DNA from: Trypanosoma brucei | Taxonomy: Eukaryota | NCBI GenBank assembly: GCA_000002445.1 | Contig: CM000207.1 | Location: 2,176,001 to 2,240,000, forward strand | DNA length: 64,000 nucleotides | Reading direction: 5' to 3' | In this document: positions 32,845-45,991 of the stretch, piece after piece | Numbering within the stretch: the first letter of the stretch is position 1 | How the letters are laid out: each line of letters opens with the position of its first letter | The notes under the pieces: model-generated | What the model saw: the letters and a program-made list of their open reading frames with translations, nothing else | What the model was told of the DNA's origin: nothing | The model's database searches: none | Made by a program: the position numbers and the translations under genes

Positions 32845-35800
32845 CTATTTACTGTGGAGAAAAACTTTACCCTTCGCTGTTCCTCTACTTCAACTTCTAT
32901 CGACTTCCTTTCGTGTTCACAAATTTCCACAAAACACAGCCAATGCTGGCAGATATGTGAAAAGGAATGAAAAAGGAAATGAGCGTTTCGTGTACGAGTA
33001 ATGCGAAGGCGAAAGAAAAATTGCATATAAAGTGGTTTTGTGCGCAAAGAGTACAACTCTTGTTCAGCATCCGAAGGAAAATGGCTTAATTAACTATTTC
33101 TAGCTTTGCTGCTGATGTTATACACGCGATTGATTGTTCCAGAAATGAGCAAATGACTTCGATGAAACAACTGAAAACACTCATCCGGGGGATTCCACTA
33201 GAACGTTTTGATGGGGTCGCGCGCACACACAGAGGAAGTCGGTATCATATAAAATAAAAATATTTTGATTGTTTCACCACCAACAATGATCCTTGCCTCT
33301 ATATTCATGAATTAGCTGGTCACATCCCCTTCATGGAGTTCGTTTTTATGACAGTCCACAACACCAACTTTCCAATCCTTTCGTTGTGTGACTTCGCATA
33401 TGTAGCCCTATTGTTAGGGTGGGTGTGGGCACAGTGAACGAACGCCGTTGAGGGTGGCTGCAGCAAATCCAAAAAGAAAGTTTTTCTCTCCCCGTGTGCA
33501 CTAAAAACACTGTTTCGGTCCCTGTTGAAGTTCCCCGATACAGTTACGCACGTGGCGTCATCCTCCCTCCTACTTGGTAGCACAAATTTGCTACCGTAAC
33601 CGCCTTATTTATGAATACCCTAGCTTTTAAAAGGGGAGTCAATCGTAAAAACGGGTTCAACTAACGGTCCAAAAGGTAAGAATAAACTTTTTACTATGAT
33701 CGATAACATCACAGAAGAATTCCTTCCCCACGACGAGTTCATTAACAATTTTATCTAGTAGCTCGTTTAAAAAAAAAAAAAAATCCCGCAGCCATCCTCC
33801 TTACACCACTGTCACAGACTAGCACCGGTTACGCAGTTAGACCACTTAAGAAAAAACAGCAGCAAAAACGTTTGCACAAGGATAACGGACTTTTAAAAAA
33901 TAAAGGCAGACGAAAAGCATTGACTAGACAAACTCTGGCCTGACTCACCCGCACAAGATCTGCAAAAGAAAAGGGAGGGGAAACAAGACAGCAATGTTTT
34001 GGCCGAACAAACAATGCGATTAACAGGAATGAAAAAAGCTGGTGTTTCGCTGATGGCCTCACCTACATATCAATGCGGCCAGCACCAACCTCCGTGTCCG
34101 CTCAACATCCTTCAAAAATAGGTATTCCGCGAGCCAAGACAAACATATGTATATACGTACAACCACCGAAGATTGCACATTTCCTCTTCTACATATAGCC
34201 ACCCTCAAGTTTTGTATACCAACACACTGAGCCACTCGATAACGGGGATGCCCCCCCCTCCAAATATCGCCCGAACTGTCAGACGAGACCATATTAGTCG
34301 TGCAAATACAATAATACCTCGCCCAGCGCATCTACATGCATAGACGAATGAAATATAGAAGCAAAGATAGAAACATTGTCAGTGGCCAGCGCACCTCGGC
34401 GCAAAAGAGTAAACAATAATAATAATACCCCTGTCTTCCTGAGGGAAAAGTTCAGGGGGATGTAAAAATATTGTTCACTTCTCACGGGTCATTCATATGG
34501 GGTTCGAAAAGAATGAAATGCGAACAAATACTAAGAATACAACAAAAAAAAATCGAATTCGCTCATAAGCATCTCCGTACATATATAATCACTCCATAGA
34601 CAAAACACAAGGGTTTTATGCTAACTCTACGACATTTGGCAACGGAAAGTTCGAGAGTATGATTAAACGAACATGGGTAACCCCAAAATTGTTTAGAATA
34701 TATACTCAATTTAAGAAAAAAAATGCAATAAGTTCAAAGCTGAACCATCCTGTGTATGACCCTTCAACAACAAAAAACATGCATAGTACATAACCCTCCA
34801 CATGCACCATCACTCGATTGATTGCTCAAACCAAACTTTTAAAGAGTTGAGTTGCCTAGAAGAACCCTTGTTCCCTCAATGCCTGTCACAAACCAACACA
34901 AGCCAAAACGAAACACGCCTCGGAAAACTATTAACAGTAATCAAACGGTCATGGTAGATAATAATCTGGCAACGAAGTTTTGGTCTATCACAGTTAAGTA
35001 AGTTGAAAGCATTTCAAAGTTACGAACATATCTAGTACCAGAAGTAAAAAAAATAGCTAAAGGCTCAACTTAATTTCCAGCACGCCGCATACTAAACACC
35101 AATAGTCTAAACGTAAACAATTCTTACCAAATGAGCGACCGCCATAAGTTTGAGTTACAGGACGAAAAAGGAATCGCTCTGTCATGCTATTAAAAAAAAA
35201 AAAAGCATTGCTGCCCCAGAAAGAAGATAGAGTCTCCAAGACCTTCCCTTACTTCCCATGCTAACATGTCGCCTAAGCTTCTCCCGCAAGTTTGTAGGGA
35301 ACACGTCAGAACCAGAAACTGCGAAGGAGAAATGCAGTTACCGTTAACTGGCGGCAGTGCACCAGAAAGAAAACCATATAACTGGGCGCATTTCCACATC
35401 ATTTTCTCCTTTTTCTTTGTCTTACAACAAATGTGCAAAGGTGGTTTCACCTCGCCAAACAGAGTTGCAGACACACAGATCAAATATATGCATATTACAG
35501 TTTTCCCCCAAATTGCACTGCGGGGCACAAGCACCAAACGAGAGAAAATAGGGCGACTAGACAACATTTTAATCTCACCACTCATGCTCAATAAGTCCCG
35601 TAAACAGCAAAAAAGTACAGCCAAACGTTAGCATAACGACAAATGGACAAATAAACGACCCACCATAATTAAACGGACAAGCGACAACAACAAACTGGCT
35701 TCTCAAAAAAGCAAAGGGACGGCGGAGCAAAAAAATAGAGGAAACGAAACGTGACAGTGCGGGAAAAAAAGGAGAGTTTTTAATCCAAGAAGGGTCTTAC

Positions 35801-38800
35801 CACCTGCGAAGTGAATTACCTTTAATAAGTCAACTACTAAGCCACTGAGATACCAACACATCAACAGCCCGTTATCCTGTAGCGAAACCATAAGCAGCTC
35901 GCAAGGGACCAGCACCACAAGCACTGCATACAATGCAAGGAGCTACAACTGCGGTAGCCCCCATACCCCAAAAAATAAAAAGAGAAGGAGGGAGTCGTCG
36001 GCACCCTAACCTTCGGCGCAAAACTGTGAGCAGCTGATACTTTTAAAAATATATATGTGCTTCGGATTTTTTTTTTCGATCCCTTAATCTATTTAAGAAG
36101 ATTAAAGAGAAGGGCAAGGAATTGCAAACTAAATCTATAATCATCAATACCCATCTGACACAAACTTAGGTGGCAAGCAGCAGCGGAATATTTATTTCAC
36201 AGTAGACTTGTGAAAGGGCAGTTCATGTGGTCCCCAAAAGCCTCGGGACACTGCCACTTACTTTTGTAAGTTAAACTCCTTCACCAACTTTGCGCAGTTT
36301 AACCGTGTGCCTCCGCGGGAGCCGACCGCCAGTTTGGTGACGGAGCGATTAAACGAGTAATTTGTGCTAATGTTGTGGGAATCAAATATCATAAACATCT
36401 CATCCATGGCCACGGAAAGACCGTAGGCTTTTGTGTTTCCTTTTGTTTCCGCGCCTTACAGGAATGTATTATCAACCCAAATGTCAATACTCAGGGGGAA
36501 AGGATTCCACGAATGCTACTGAGGAGAGTCGGATGACACGGGCCTGAGCCTGCATGATAAGAAAAGGGAACTTAAATCAACGACACCACACAACATTACT
36601 TTCACCTCACGGGAATAAAATAAGAAGACATGCCCCAGACCCACAACCCCTCAAAGAGCCATCTGTGACCAAATCAACTGCGGGTTCCCAATTGGGTGTA
36701 ACCGTGCGTTTCTTCTTTTTAAACAGGCAAGAAAGCAATACCCACTTACTAAACCAAGTGCGGACAGTGGCAACAAAGCGGCCTCTGTAGCGGGGACAAG
36801 TTCTCTGTCCGAGGCAAAAGACGACGACGTAACGCCTCTAAGAAAAAACAAAAAAAAACAGACAGAAAAAGTCGACAACTCAGGATAGTAACCGCATAAG
36901 GGTCTTTTGAAACGTGTTCCAAAAGGAACAATTGCCTCGTAAGGTTCATCCGCTTTTGTTATTTCTCTTGAGTCCACGCAATTCACCAGCGACGCTCGTT
37001 GGAGGGTTTATCCTCTGCAATTGAGAAAAGGGATGACCCGAGCTCCTGTTGGTGCGGAGGAGGCATCCTTTAAGATACCGACCTTCCAAAGTAGACGATC
37101 ATCGCCGATGGAAATAACCTGAGGGCTCCTTTCACTGGTCCCTTTTGGTCTCAGTCCGATCAGTCCCCAGAGATGTTGAAATCTACATTCCGCACTCGAA
37201 TTTAAGCGAGAAATGATTCAATATATTTTTTTTTTAGAATTTTCTTCGTGCCTTCGTGAGAGTTTCCCCCCACTGGCGCGGCCATCAGCCATCACCGTAG
37301 AGCCCTGAAATGCTATCGTTCTGGCGACTGTGGCAGAGTCTCCCTTTTTCATTCATCCTAACACACCCTCTATAATTTTTGTTGTATTTCCGCATATGAA
37401 CGGAATACAGCAGATGGGGCGAGAAGCCTCCCACCCTGGACTCTCCCAAAGATGCCAATTGGCAATCCTTTTTTTTCGGAGGTCCACATCACCGGACAGC
37501 AGCATCTTAGTGCGGATGATACTGCTGATGGCACGCTGGCACGTACCCAGGGACCGACAAATGAAAAACGGTGTCCCAGGAAGACGCTGCTGATCCCTGT
37601 GCTGTATGATGCCGTAGCCGGAGCACAGCAGTGTTCCCCATGAAAGGAACTCTGCTGGCTCTTGGCTTCCCCCGATGATACGGGGTACTGGACCCTGGCA
37701 CCACGTTGAGGTGGCCGGCATCGCCAGGGGATTCAATATATCTCCAGCAGCGGGACGCGCACTTGCTGTAAAGGAATGGAAGCCTTGTCCTGCGTATTCA
37801 ACAGGCGTGTGGCATGCGCCCTCCTTGTTATCGTATAACCGTGCGTCTTGAAGGGACAACGCCCTGGCGGCTCCCATGGCTCTTATCCTTCATCTAAGAC
37901 ATGGGTTACATCATAGAGACCATATTCTACATATTAGTCAACATGGCGGTGTATTTGTCCAAGTGGCTGACAGTGTTCCTCGGCAACTGGAACGGATAGA
38001 TGTGCTTAATCAGTTGGGGAATAGTGTGAGGATTCATGCTGTGTTCTTCCACAACTTGTGGCTTCAGCATGCTGTAAAGGCCCCTCTCCTAACGGGGTGC
38101 GTCATCACCTCCCATGAAGCCAGAATGCGTTCGACTTTGGTTGTTGTGAGCGTTGTTACATGTTCCTTGAGCTTCAAAGTGGAAAGTAGTCACGTAATAT
38201 CGAGAGCGTCCTAATCCCCGAATGCGAACTTAACGACCTGCTCGGTGTGAATTGGACTTGGCTGTCTTAGGTGTCACCAACCAATCGAGGAGCGCTACAC
38301 TGTCCCTGTTCCATTGGAAATGCTTCCGTATCCGTGTCGGGATCTCTACCCGACGACTTGTCGTAATCCACACCACACGCACAAACCACACACTCCTTCC
38401 AATCCGAGCAAAAAGTAATAATCTGAGCCATTCCGACCTTTTGTTAAGGGACTCGCTTATTTGATCTCGCTTCTCGCCACAATCTTCCGTAGCCGCAAGA
38501 TCATCACGTCTAACAGTCATTGATCCAACTTAGTCACCGCTACTTGCTGGCCGAGTTGCTTTGCATGTGCGTTAATTTCTGCCAACGCGGATGCGTAATA
38601 CTTATTCATAATGACGCGATGCAAAGCCGACACGCCTTCTCACTCAATGTTTCTCGCTATATTCATCAGCGTAATTAAGGCCTGTTTATTCAGACTGCGA
38701 AACATTGAAGAAACGTAATTTTTGCCATGTGGTTTATCGCGCCAACACCATTCGCACTAAAACACCGCTGTCCGGCTATTGTGTTAGGAGGCTTCTCCCT

Positions 38801-39599
38801 CACAGCTGCTGTGTGCTGTGAGGTTGTGGCGTTAAAGCAAAGGAGATATATTGTGAAAATATTAAAGAAGGGTAACTCGGGGGCATTCAGCTGTAGCTGC
38901 ATACTCATCGGTACATTGCGATGGTGGCCGATGGCTTTGTTGGTAAGGGGAAGATATCACGAAGTTACGAAGAAAATTCTAAAAAGGCAAAAAGGAGAAA
39001 AGGGGAAAATTTTTTGCCACTGCGCCACGGCCGACGCAATGATATTACATGAAAGCCCACACCATTATTGCAAATGGGCAGCTCGTGGAGGGAGTGAGGA
39101 TTGGGATTATTCTAACAGCTTTGTGGTTGTGTGTGCCGTGCTTTTGGAAAATATTGCAACCAATGAAAGGGAAGGCGAGTGTCACCTTACTTTCCATGCT
39201 GCGACATCGACGCATCACGATTATATGCTAGTTGCCCTGCGAGGGAAGGTCGTGAAGGCGAAGGTTAGCTTCCGGTTTAAGGAAGTGTAGAGACTTCCTA
39301 ATACTACTGTCAGAAACTACTGTTGCCGCGTGCTTCAGGCACTGGGTCAGTAATTCATAAATACAACAACGAGAATAAAATTAATCCCTTGTGGCTGCTA
39401 AGCGTGCAAGCAACTGAGAATAATAAACAGTATATTTTTGCCACACTTTATTGATTTCTATATATATACAAAACAACCTCATTACATTTATCATTTCTTT
39501 TGTGCCCAAAGGCTGCTGAATGAATGTTAGGATTACTGACCATAACACATTTTGGCATGCACCTCAATTACTTCCTTATAACACTTCCCCCCCCCCCGT
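32845..39599. promoter_or_regulatory. Divergent strand-switch region between the minus-strand PTU (left) and the plus-strand PTU (right). Likely Pol II transcription start region.
   Basis: Gene orientation flips from minus (all genes below 32.8 kb) to plus (all genes above 39.6 kb). The 6.7-kb gap has no long ORF and carries A-runs, a RIME copy and a C11 polypyrimidine tract just upstream of the first plus-strand gene. Confidence 0.55.
37226..37729 (-). mobile_element. RIME non-autonomous retroposon (about 504 bp). Pr77-like 5' end CCCTGGCGATGCCGGCCACCTCAACGTGGTGCCAGGGTCCAGT, internal A8 at the midpoint, 3' poly(A)10.
   Basis: The minus-strand read starts CCCTGGCGATGCC at 37729, the hallmark ingi/RIME/L1Tc 5' signature. 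A8 lies at about 256 bp in (where ingi-specific sequence is inserted in full ingi). T10 on plus at 37226-37235 gives the poly(A) tail. The first 250 bp is about 85-90% identical to 51349-51595. Confidence 0.7.
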
Positions 39600-39674
39600 T
39601 TGATTCATCGCTTAGCTCTATTATTAAAAAAGAAAAAGCATTTCCTCAACACTCAGCACCTCAAGGAATCGGAA

Positions 39675-42600
39675 ATGGGAACTATAATGTCAGGAAACCA
39701 AGGAAGAAAGCGACAGCGCATCTCATCTCCTGAGCAGTCAGAAGCTTTAAAGGAACCATCAACTACTGAACAAAATAAACTCACCACCGTTACAATCACC
39801 GAAGAGACGCGTGACGCCAGTAATGATGAAACTGTGGTATCGTTACTGAATGAGCATGAGAAATTGACTAAACAAACGACACGGCTGGAAAGCAGTGTGA
39901 AGGCACTTAAGTGTTTCATGAGTAATCTCACAGCTATGAGTGGCGAAAGGCGAGGTGGTGTGTGTGATGACACCGAATGCATACGCGCGGTAACGTTATA
40001 TAATGCTGCTGATAATGCCTTCAGTGACGAAGGACTACATGAAGGTGCTCTTTCCTCACTCTGTGGCCGCATTCAAGCTAAGAAATTAACCATTGCGCTA
40101 TCAAAGGGTTGGAAATTTAACTCACAACGAGTCAGTAAGCTAAAGCAGTTAGAAGAGTTACGCATTGAATATCCGCGTGGCAAACCTGTGAATATGATAT
40201 CTTTGAAGAGACTGCACATGTTGAAAAGGCTTTATCTTAAGAGCAACAATGTTGACAACAATGGCGCTCGTCACTTATTCAATATTGGAACATTGGAGGA
40301 GTTGGTTATTGCTGACACCATGCAACTGACAAATATCAGAGGAATCTCTCGCTTGACTAACCTGATGTGTCTTGAGTTAAATTCCACAGATATTGATGAC
40401 AACTGTGTGGAGGAAATAAGTGCATGTGCTAAACTGTCCAAACTGAGTGTATCCGAATGCAACAATATCACGGATGCAACCCCAATTTCACAACTTGCAG
40501 CGCTTGAAGAGTTGAATCTAAACAGCTGTTACCACATAACGAAGGGAATAGGAACACTGGCCAGGTTGTTACGATTGCGTATGCTGGACTTGAGTAGTGT
40601 TCCTGTGGAAGATAATTGTCTGAAGGATTTGTGTGACTGTGGGTCTCTTGAAAAGCTGAACCTTTCTTATTGTATTCAGCTGACAGATATCAATCCACTC
40701 TCCAATGCCGCTGCTGTTGAGGAATTGAACCTTAACGGTTGTCGCCGAATAACGCGGGGGATGGGCGTTGTGTGGGTATTACCAAAGCTACGCGTATTGC
40801 ACATGAAGGACATGCACCTGAGCGAGCCATCTCTCGATTCAGTTGGGACTGGTGGATTACTTGTAAAGGTCAGTCTTGATAACTGCGCAGGCTTTGGTGA
40901 TATGACACTCTTATCCAGCATTGTTACACTCGAGGAGCTGAATATTCAAAAATGTGCTGACATCATTAGTGGTGTGGGTTGCCTTGGTACACTGCCATAC
41001 CTGCGTGTACTTAACATAAAGGAGGCACACATCTCGTCCCTTGACTTTACTGGTATTTGTGCCTCAAAATCCCTTTTACAGCTCAATATGGAGAGTATCA
41101 CGGGACTGAGTAATGTGGAAGCACTCGCCAACATTTTGACTCTGGAAAAACTAAGCCTTCACGGCTGCACGGGTATTGACGCAGGAATTGGATGTCTCGG
41201 AAACCCGCCACAGCTTAAAATGTTGGACCTGTCTGGCACAAATACCGACAATGAGTCTCTCAGAAGTTTATGCCTATCGCAGACAATGGTGTCCCTCAAC
41301 CTTTCCCATTGTTGGAAAATGACAAATGTGTCCCATATTTCAAGCCTCGAAGCATTGAATGAACTGAATCTGAGCAACTGTTTTGGAATAAATGCAGGAT
41401 GGGAAGCACTTGAAAAACTTCAGCAGCTACATGTGGCAATCCTCTCGAATACACATATTGCTGACGGAGACATATCCCATTTCAGCAAGTACCAAAACCT
41501 TGTTACGCTTGATCTTTCTTTCTGCGATAAGTTACTTGATGTTACAGCTCTCTCTAACATCACTACGCTTGAGGAGTTGAATCTTGATAGTTGTTCAAAC
41601 ATCAGAAAAGGGCTGAGCGTTCTTGGAGAGTTGCCACGGCTTTGTGTGTTGAACATAACGGGTGTGCACTTGAAAGATTCAGTTATTGGTTCACTAGGGA
41701 ATGGTAAATCACTTGTAAGGCTCAGTCTTGAGAATTGCAAAGGGTTTGGTGATGTCAAGACCCTCTTGAACCTTGTTACACTTGAGGAACTGAATCTCCA
41801 CTACTGTGACAAAGTAACCTCTGGAATGGGAACACTGGGCAGCCTACCGCAGCTTCGTGTACTGGATTTGGGACGGACACAAGCTGATAATAATTCCCTT
41901 GAGAATATCTGCACAAGCTCAATCCCACTTGTATCATTAAATCTTTCGCATTGCAAGAAAATAACATCTATTTCTGCAATAGCCTCCCTTACGGCATTGG
42001 AGGAACTCAACATTGACAACTGCTGTAATGTAACATCCGGTTGGAATGTATTTGGTACACTTCACCAACTGCGTGTCCGTACTGTCAAATACACGCATTA
42101 ATGATGAAAACATACGGCATGTTAGCGAGTGCAAGTCTTTGAATACACTCAACCTTGCGTTTTGCAAAGATATAACGAATATCACAGCACTTTCTAAAAT
42201 TACTATGCTGGAGGAGTTGAACCTTGATTGTTGCCCTAACATCATAAAAAGTATTGAAACTCTTGGAACGCTTCCCAAGGCACGTATCCTAAGCATGAGG
42301 GAATGTCAAATTGGAGACAGTGATGCACAACAATGTTCCATCCTTGGGAATAGTAAGTCACTTGTGAAACTGAATCTTGAGAGGTCAAGGGGGCGCATAT
42401 CTGTGAAAGTTCTGTCTAACGTTGCAACGTTGGAGGAATTGGTACTTGATCATTTACAGGAAGTATGTTGCATACCGTCATTTTCCTGTCTACCGCATCT
42501 TCGAGTACTGAATCTGAAATATACGGATATCAATGGTGATGTAACTAAAAATATTTCCGATTCGAAATCGCTGCAGTCACTCAACTTATCACATTGCAAA

Positions 42601-43872
42601 TGGGTAACTGATATATCAGTATTATCTTCCTTATCGACACTGGAAGAACTGAATATTAGCGAGTGTGAGCAAATACGAAAAGGCTGGGAGTCGCTCGGAA
42701 AGCTGCCTCTACTACGTGTGGCAATTCTATCTGATACTAAAATCACCGCTAAAGATATAGTTTGCCTTAGCAGTTGCAAAACACTTGTGAAACTAAAGTT
42801 TTTCCGGTGTGAGGAGTTGTCAGATGTTACGGTGGTGTATAAAATTCAATCACTGGAGGAGCTGATAGTTAAGAACTGCTCAGACGGCCTCAAGGGACTG
42901 AATGCTCCTGGTACACTCCCACGGTTGCGTTTTTTTGCTTCTGCGAAATGTGAGAGGTAGTGATATATCTGTTGAATCTATCGGGACGAGCAAATCTCTC
43001 GTGAGGCTTACTATTGAAGTGGGCGAGGACTTAACAGACACAACACCCCTCTCAGATATCACATCCCTTGAGGAATTATCATTGCGGGAATGCGGTGATA
43101 ACCTGGGAGGAGTCGGGACACTTGAGAAACTGCCACGGCTTAAATCGCTGGATCTGGGTTTATCTGATATTAGCAATAGCACACTTAATGATATTTGTCT
43201 GTCTCGATCCATTACGTCACTCAACCTATCCAACAATTATGAACTAACAGACATATCTCATATATCAAACCTTACGGCACTGGAGGAATTGAATCTGAGA
43301 GGATGTTACCACATAACTTCAGGCTGGGAAGCACTTAGCGAATTACCACGACTTCGTGTGCTCAACTTGGTATCCGTCAGAGTTACGACGCGTTACGATG
43401 GATATTATATCAGCAGATGCAAATCCCTCGTCACACTCAACCTTGAATCGTGTGATATGACCGATGCTTCATGTCTTGCTAATATCAAGACACTGGAGGA
43501 GTTGCATATAGGGAAATGCGAGATGTAACGCAGGGGTTTAGTGCACTTTTCACTCTTCCGAGGTTACGCATTCTTGACCTGATTATGTCGCGCATTACAG
43601 ATGAAGATCTCATGGAAATGCAGCTATCCCATACCATTGAGGAGCTCAATCTCTCTTATTGTGAAAATCTTAATGATATTACACCACTTGGGAGAATAAA
43701 ATCTATTAAAAACTTACATTTCCTTTTGAGCTATGATGCCAGAAGGCTCAGAGAAGAAGGATTCAGAAGTCTTTTGGAATTGCCATGTCTTTCTTGGGTG
43801 GGGGTCAAAAATGCTTATGTCAGTTCCGATATCCTGCGTGAACTGAGAAAAAGGAGGTTACATATCCATTAA
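39675..43872 (+). pseudogene. Leucine-rich repeat protein (LRRP, ESAG8-related LRR family without RING) of about 1,400 codons, disrupted by three frameshifts
   Basis: Four consecutive overlapping ORFs (39600-42101, 42046-42960, 42902-43528, 43516-43872) all carry the same roughly 24-aa LRR (L..L..LEELNL..C..IT.G...L..LP.LRVL.L). The repeat phase continues across each junction only after a frame change: a 4-bp insertion near 42075, a T7 homopolymer at 42930-42936, and a 1-bp change near 43522. Start placed at ATG 39675 (MGTIMSG). Confidence 0.7.
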
Positions 43873-45965
43873 TATGTGGTCCATTATTTCGTGTTGTATT
43901 ATTGTAACAACTTATTGCTGAGAATACGTTATTAAATTAAACATCCAGTTCGAGTGGTTCGCTCACTGTAGGCACTATTACTCAAACAGATACCAGTAAC
44001 AATTCATATGGATGATATTGTATGTTACACTATCTTAATTACGAGAAATACGAGGATCTCATTACAGTTATTTGAGTGCTTCGTATTTTTGCAAGTTATA
44101 TCCATCATATATTGTGTAAAGAACAGTTAGGAAGGTGTGCGTGTGCGTGCGACAAGCTTTTTATTCAATGGCACTTTGTATTATGGCTATCGGTGTAGTG
44201 ATGATTATATTACGCTCATTCATTATTACAACCATGCTAAATGAATATCTCATTTCTTGTATGTCCTTCTGTCTTTACAGCCGCATACTCTCACCCAAAT
44301 ATCGAACGAAATATTACTGTTATTATTATTAATATTATTGTTATATGAGACACAGCATTCATTGTTAATTTTCACCCATAGCCACACCTGAAAAGTAAAA
44401 GCACTCAACATTCTACAGTACTGTTTGCCTGTCAATGATATGAGGAGGTGAAGTTTATATACCATTAAAGTATAGTGAATATATTTCATTACTGTTATTA
44501 TTATTTGTTTTACTGAAAGAAATGACAGAGTGACTTTAAATTATATCAGAGCAGCATCTTGACCACCAATTTGCTACACAGGAAAGGATAATACAACACA
44601 TTACGTGTCTCGTGATTCTTTTTTACACTTGCCACTGGTATATCTATATTCTCAAACAGTGCAATTGAATCCCCTTGTTTCAATTAAAATATTTTAACTT
44701 TTTGTATTTATTTTTGTAATTACATAATTTATTTTATTGCATTTTCTTTTAGAATCATTTGAACCAATTATTTTTGAAGAAGTGATACATTCTGAAGCCC
44801 CCTTCGCAACGAAGGGGAATGATGAAACAAAAATCGGAAACTCTGGCTTCTCACACACATTATATTCTGGTAAACTCACACTCCGTTTTTATCTTATATT
44901 GTTTTTTTTATCCTTCATATACAATGTGACAAACTTAAAAATTTAAAGGAAGTTTGCTTGTGTCCTCACTCACATCTTGTTGATATGTGCAACATGACAA
45001 TCAAAATATTTCAACATATTAAATTATTCTTAGCGTTTCCGTTATATTTAATTGCCCGCCTTTTCGCTGTCAGTGCAAATAAGGTAGATTTTGACGTTTC
45101 GCTTCTAGTTAGGAGTTAGTTTGTATCATGTTAATGTTATGAAGCGAAGTGGGACAGTTACCATGTTGGAAGGAAGAATGGGTAGATTCCAACTGTAACG
45201 GCGGAGGGTTGCACGCAAAAGCTTCCGTGAGTTCAGTGGAATTTTATTGTTTCTTTTTTGGGAGCGGCGAGTGTCGGTTTTATTCGCATAAGCTCCAGAA
45301 AATGGAAGCAGCTAACAATTCGAAGGAAACCATAGTCACAACGTCCCGTGTGTTGCATGCTACGATCAGGATGGGAAACAAGTGAAATGGGACATTTGCA
45401 CCTTCACAAACGAAAAGATGTGCCAATAGCTTGCTATTATATACAGTGCTGAAGGCTTTTGCAGAAACTGACCTGGTGCTGGCACAATAACATAGACACG
45501 CAGCGTAATGTGCTGGGCCTCTTTGTGTTATGTGCGTTATTCCTGCTTGTGTATTATCAACCTCAATAGTATGCGTGGTGGTGGTTAATAGGTTGATAAC
45601 GTGATAAACTTAGATTGTGGTTCATGAGGCCATCAGAGGCACATATTGGTATGGGAAGTATTCGATTCTCATTCGAACGCATTTAGATCACTCTCCTCAA
45701 CACTAATGTATATGATTCCTGTTCTCTTTTTCTTCCCTTTTATATTTTGTACAGAAACAACCGTATGTATATTAATATAAGGTATCCTATGACTTACCTT
45801 CCTGTACAGTGTGAAGTTAAAAGGGGTGGGAAATTGATATGCCAACTTTTGTTGTGACTATCATATCCATCCTTTGTATCGTTAAGGGAAGGGTATTGTT
45901 GGTAAATGCGAGTCCTCAATTGTATGGAAGTAAATTTACTGACCATAAGGAAGGTACTGGAAGTA

Positions 45966-45991
45966 CCCCTAACCCTAACCCTAACCCCCCC
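45966..45991. repeat. Interstitial telomere-like repeat: (CCCTAA)3 followed by C7
   Basis: ccctaaccctaaccctaaccccccc read directly. TTAGGG is the trypanosome telomeric hexamer. Confidence 0.75.

Noticed and set aside
37353-37877. 174-aa minus-strand ORF and the 51264-51624 plus-strand ORFs with a P-loop-like GSSGIGK
   Set aside because: They are translations through RIME/ingi 5' sequence. Similarity between them is at the DNA level across all frames, not protein-level conservation.
38727-39290. 187-aa plus-strand ORF at the start of the plus PTU
   Set aside because: No domain, Cys/basic-biased, sits in the SSR upstream of the C11 polypyrimidine tract. Cannot be supported as a gene from sequence alone.
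39600-43872. Calling the LRR genes ESAG8
   Set aside because: The repeat type matches ESAG8-like LRRs, but there is no N-terminal RING/Cys-rich domain. LRRP-family assignment is safer.
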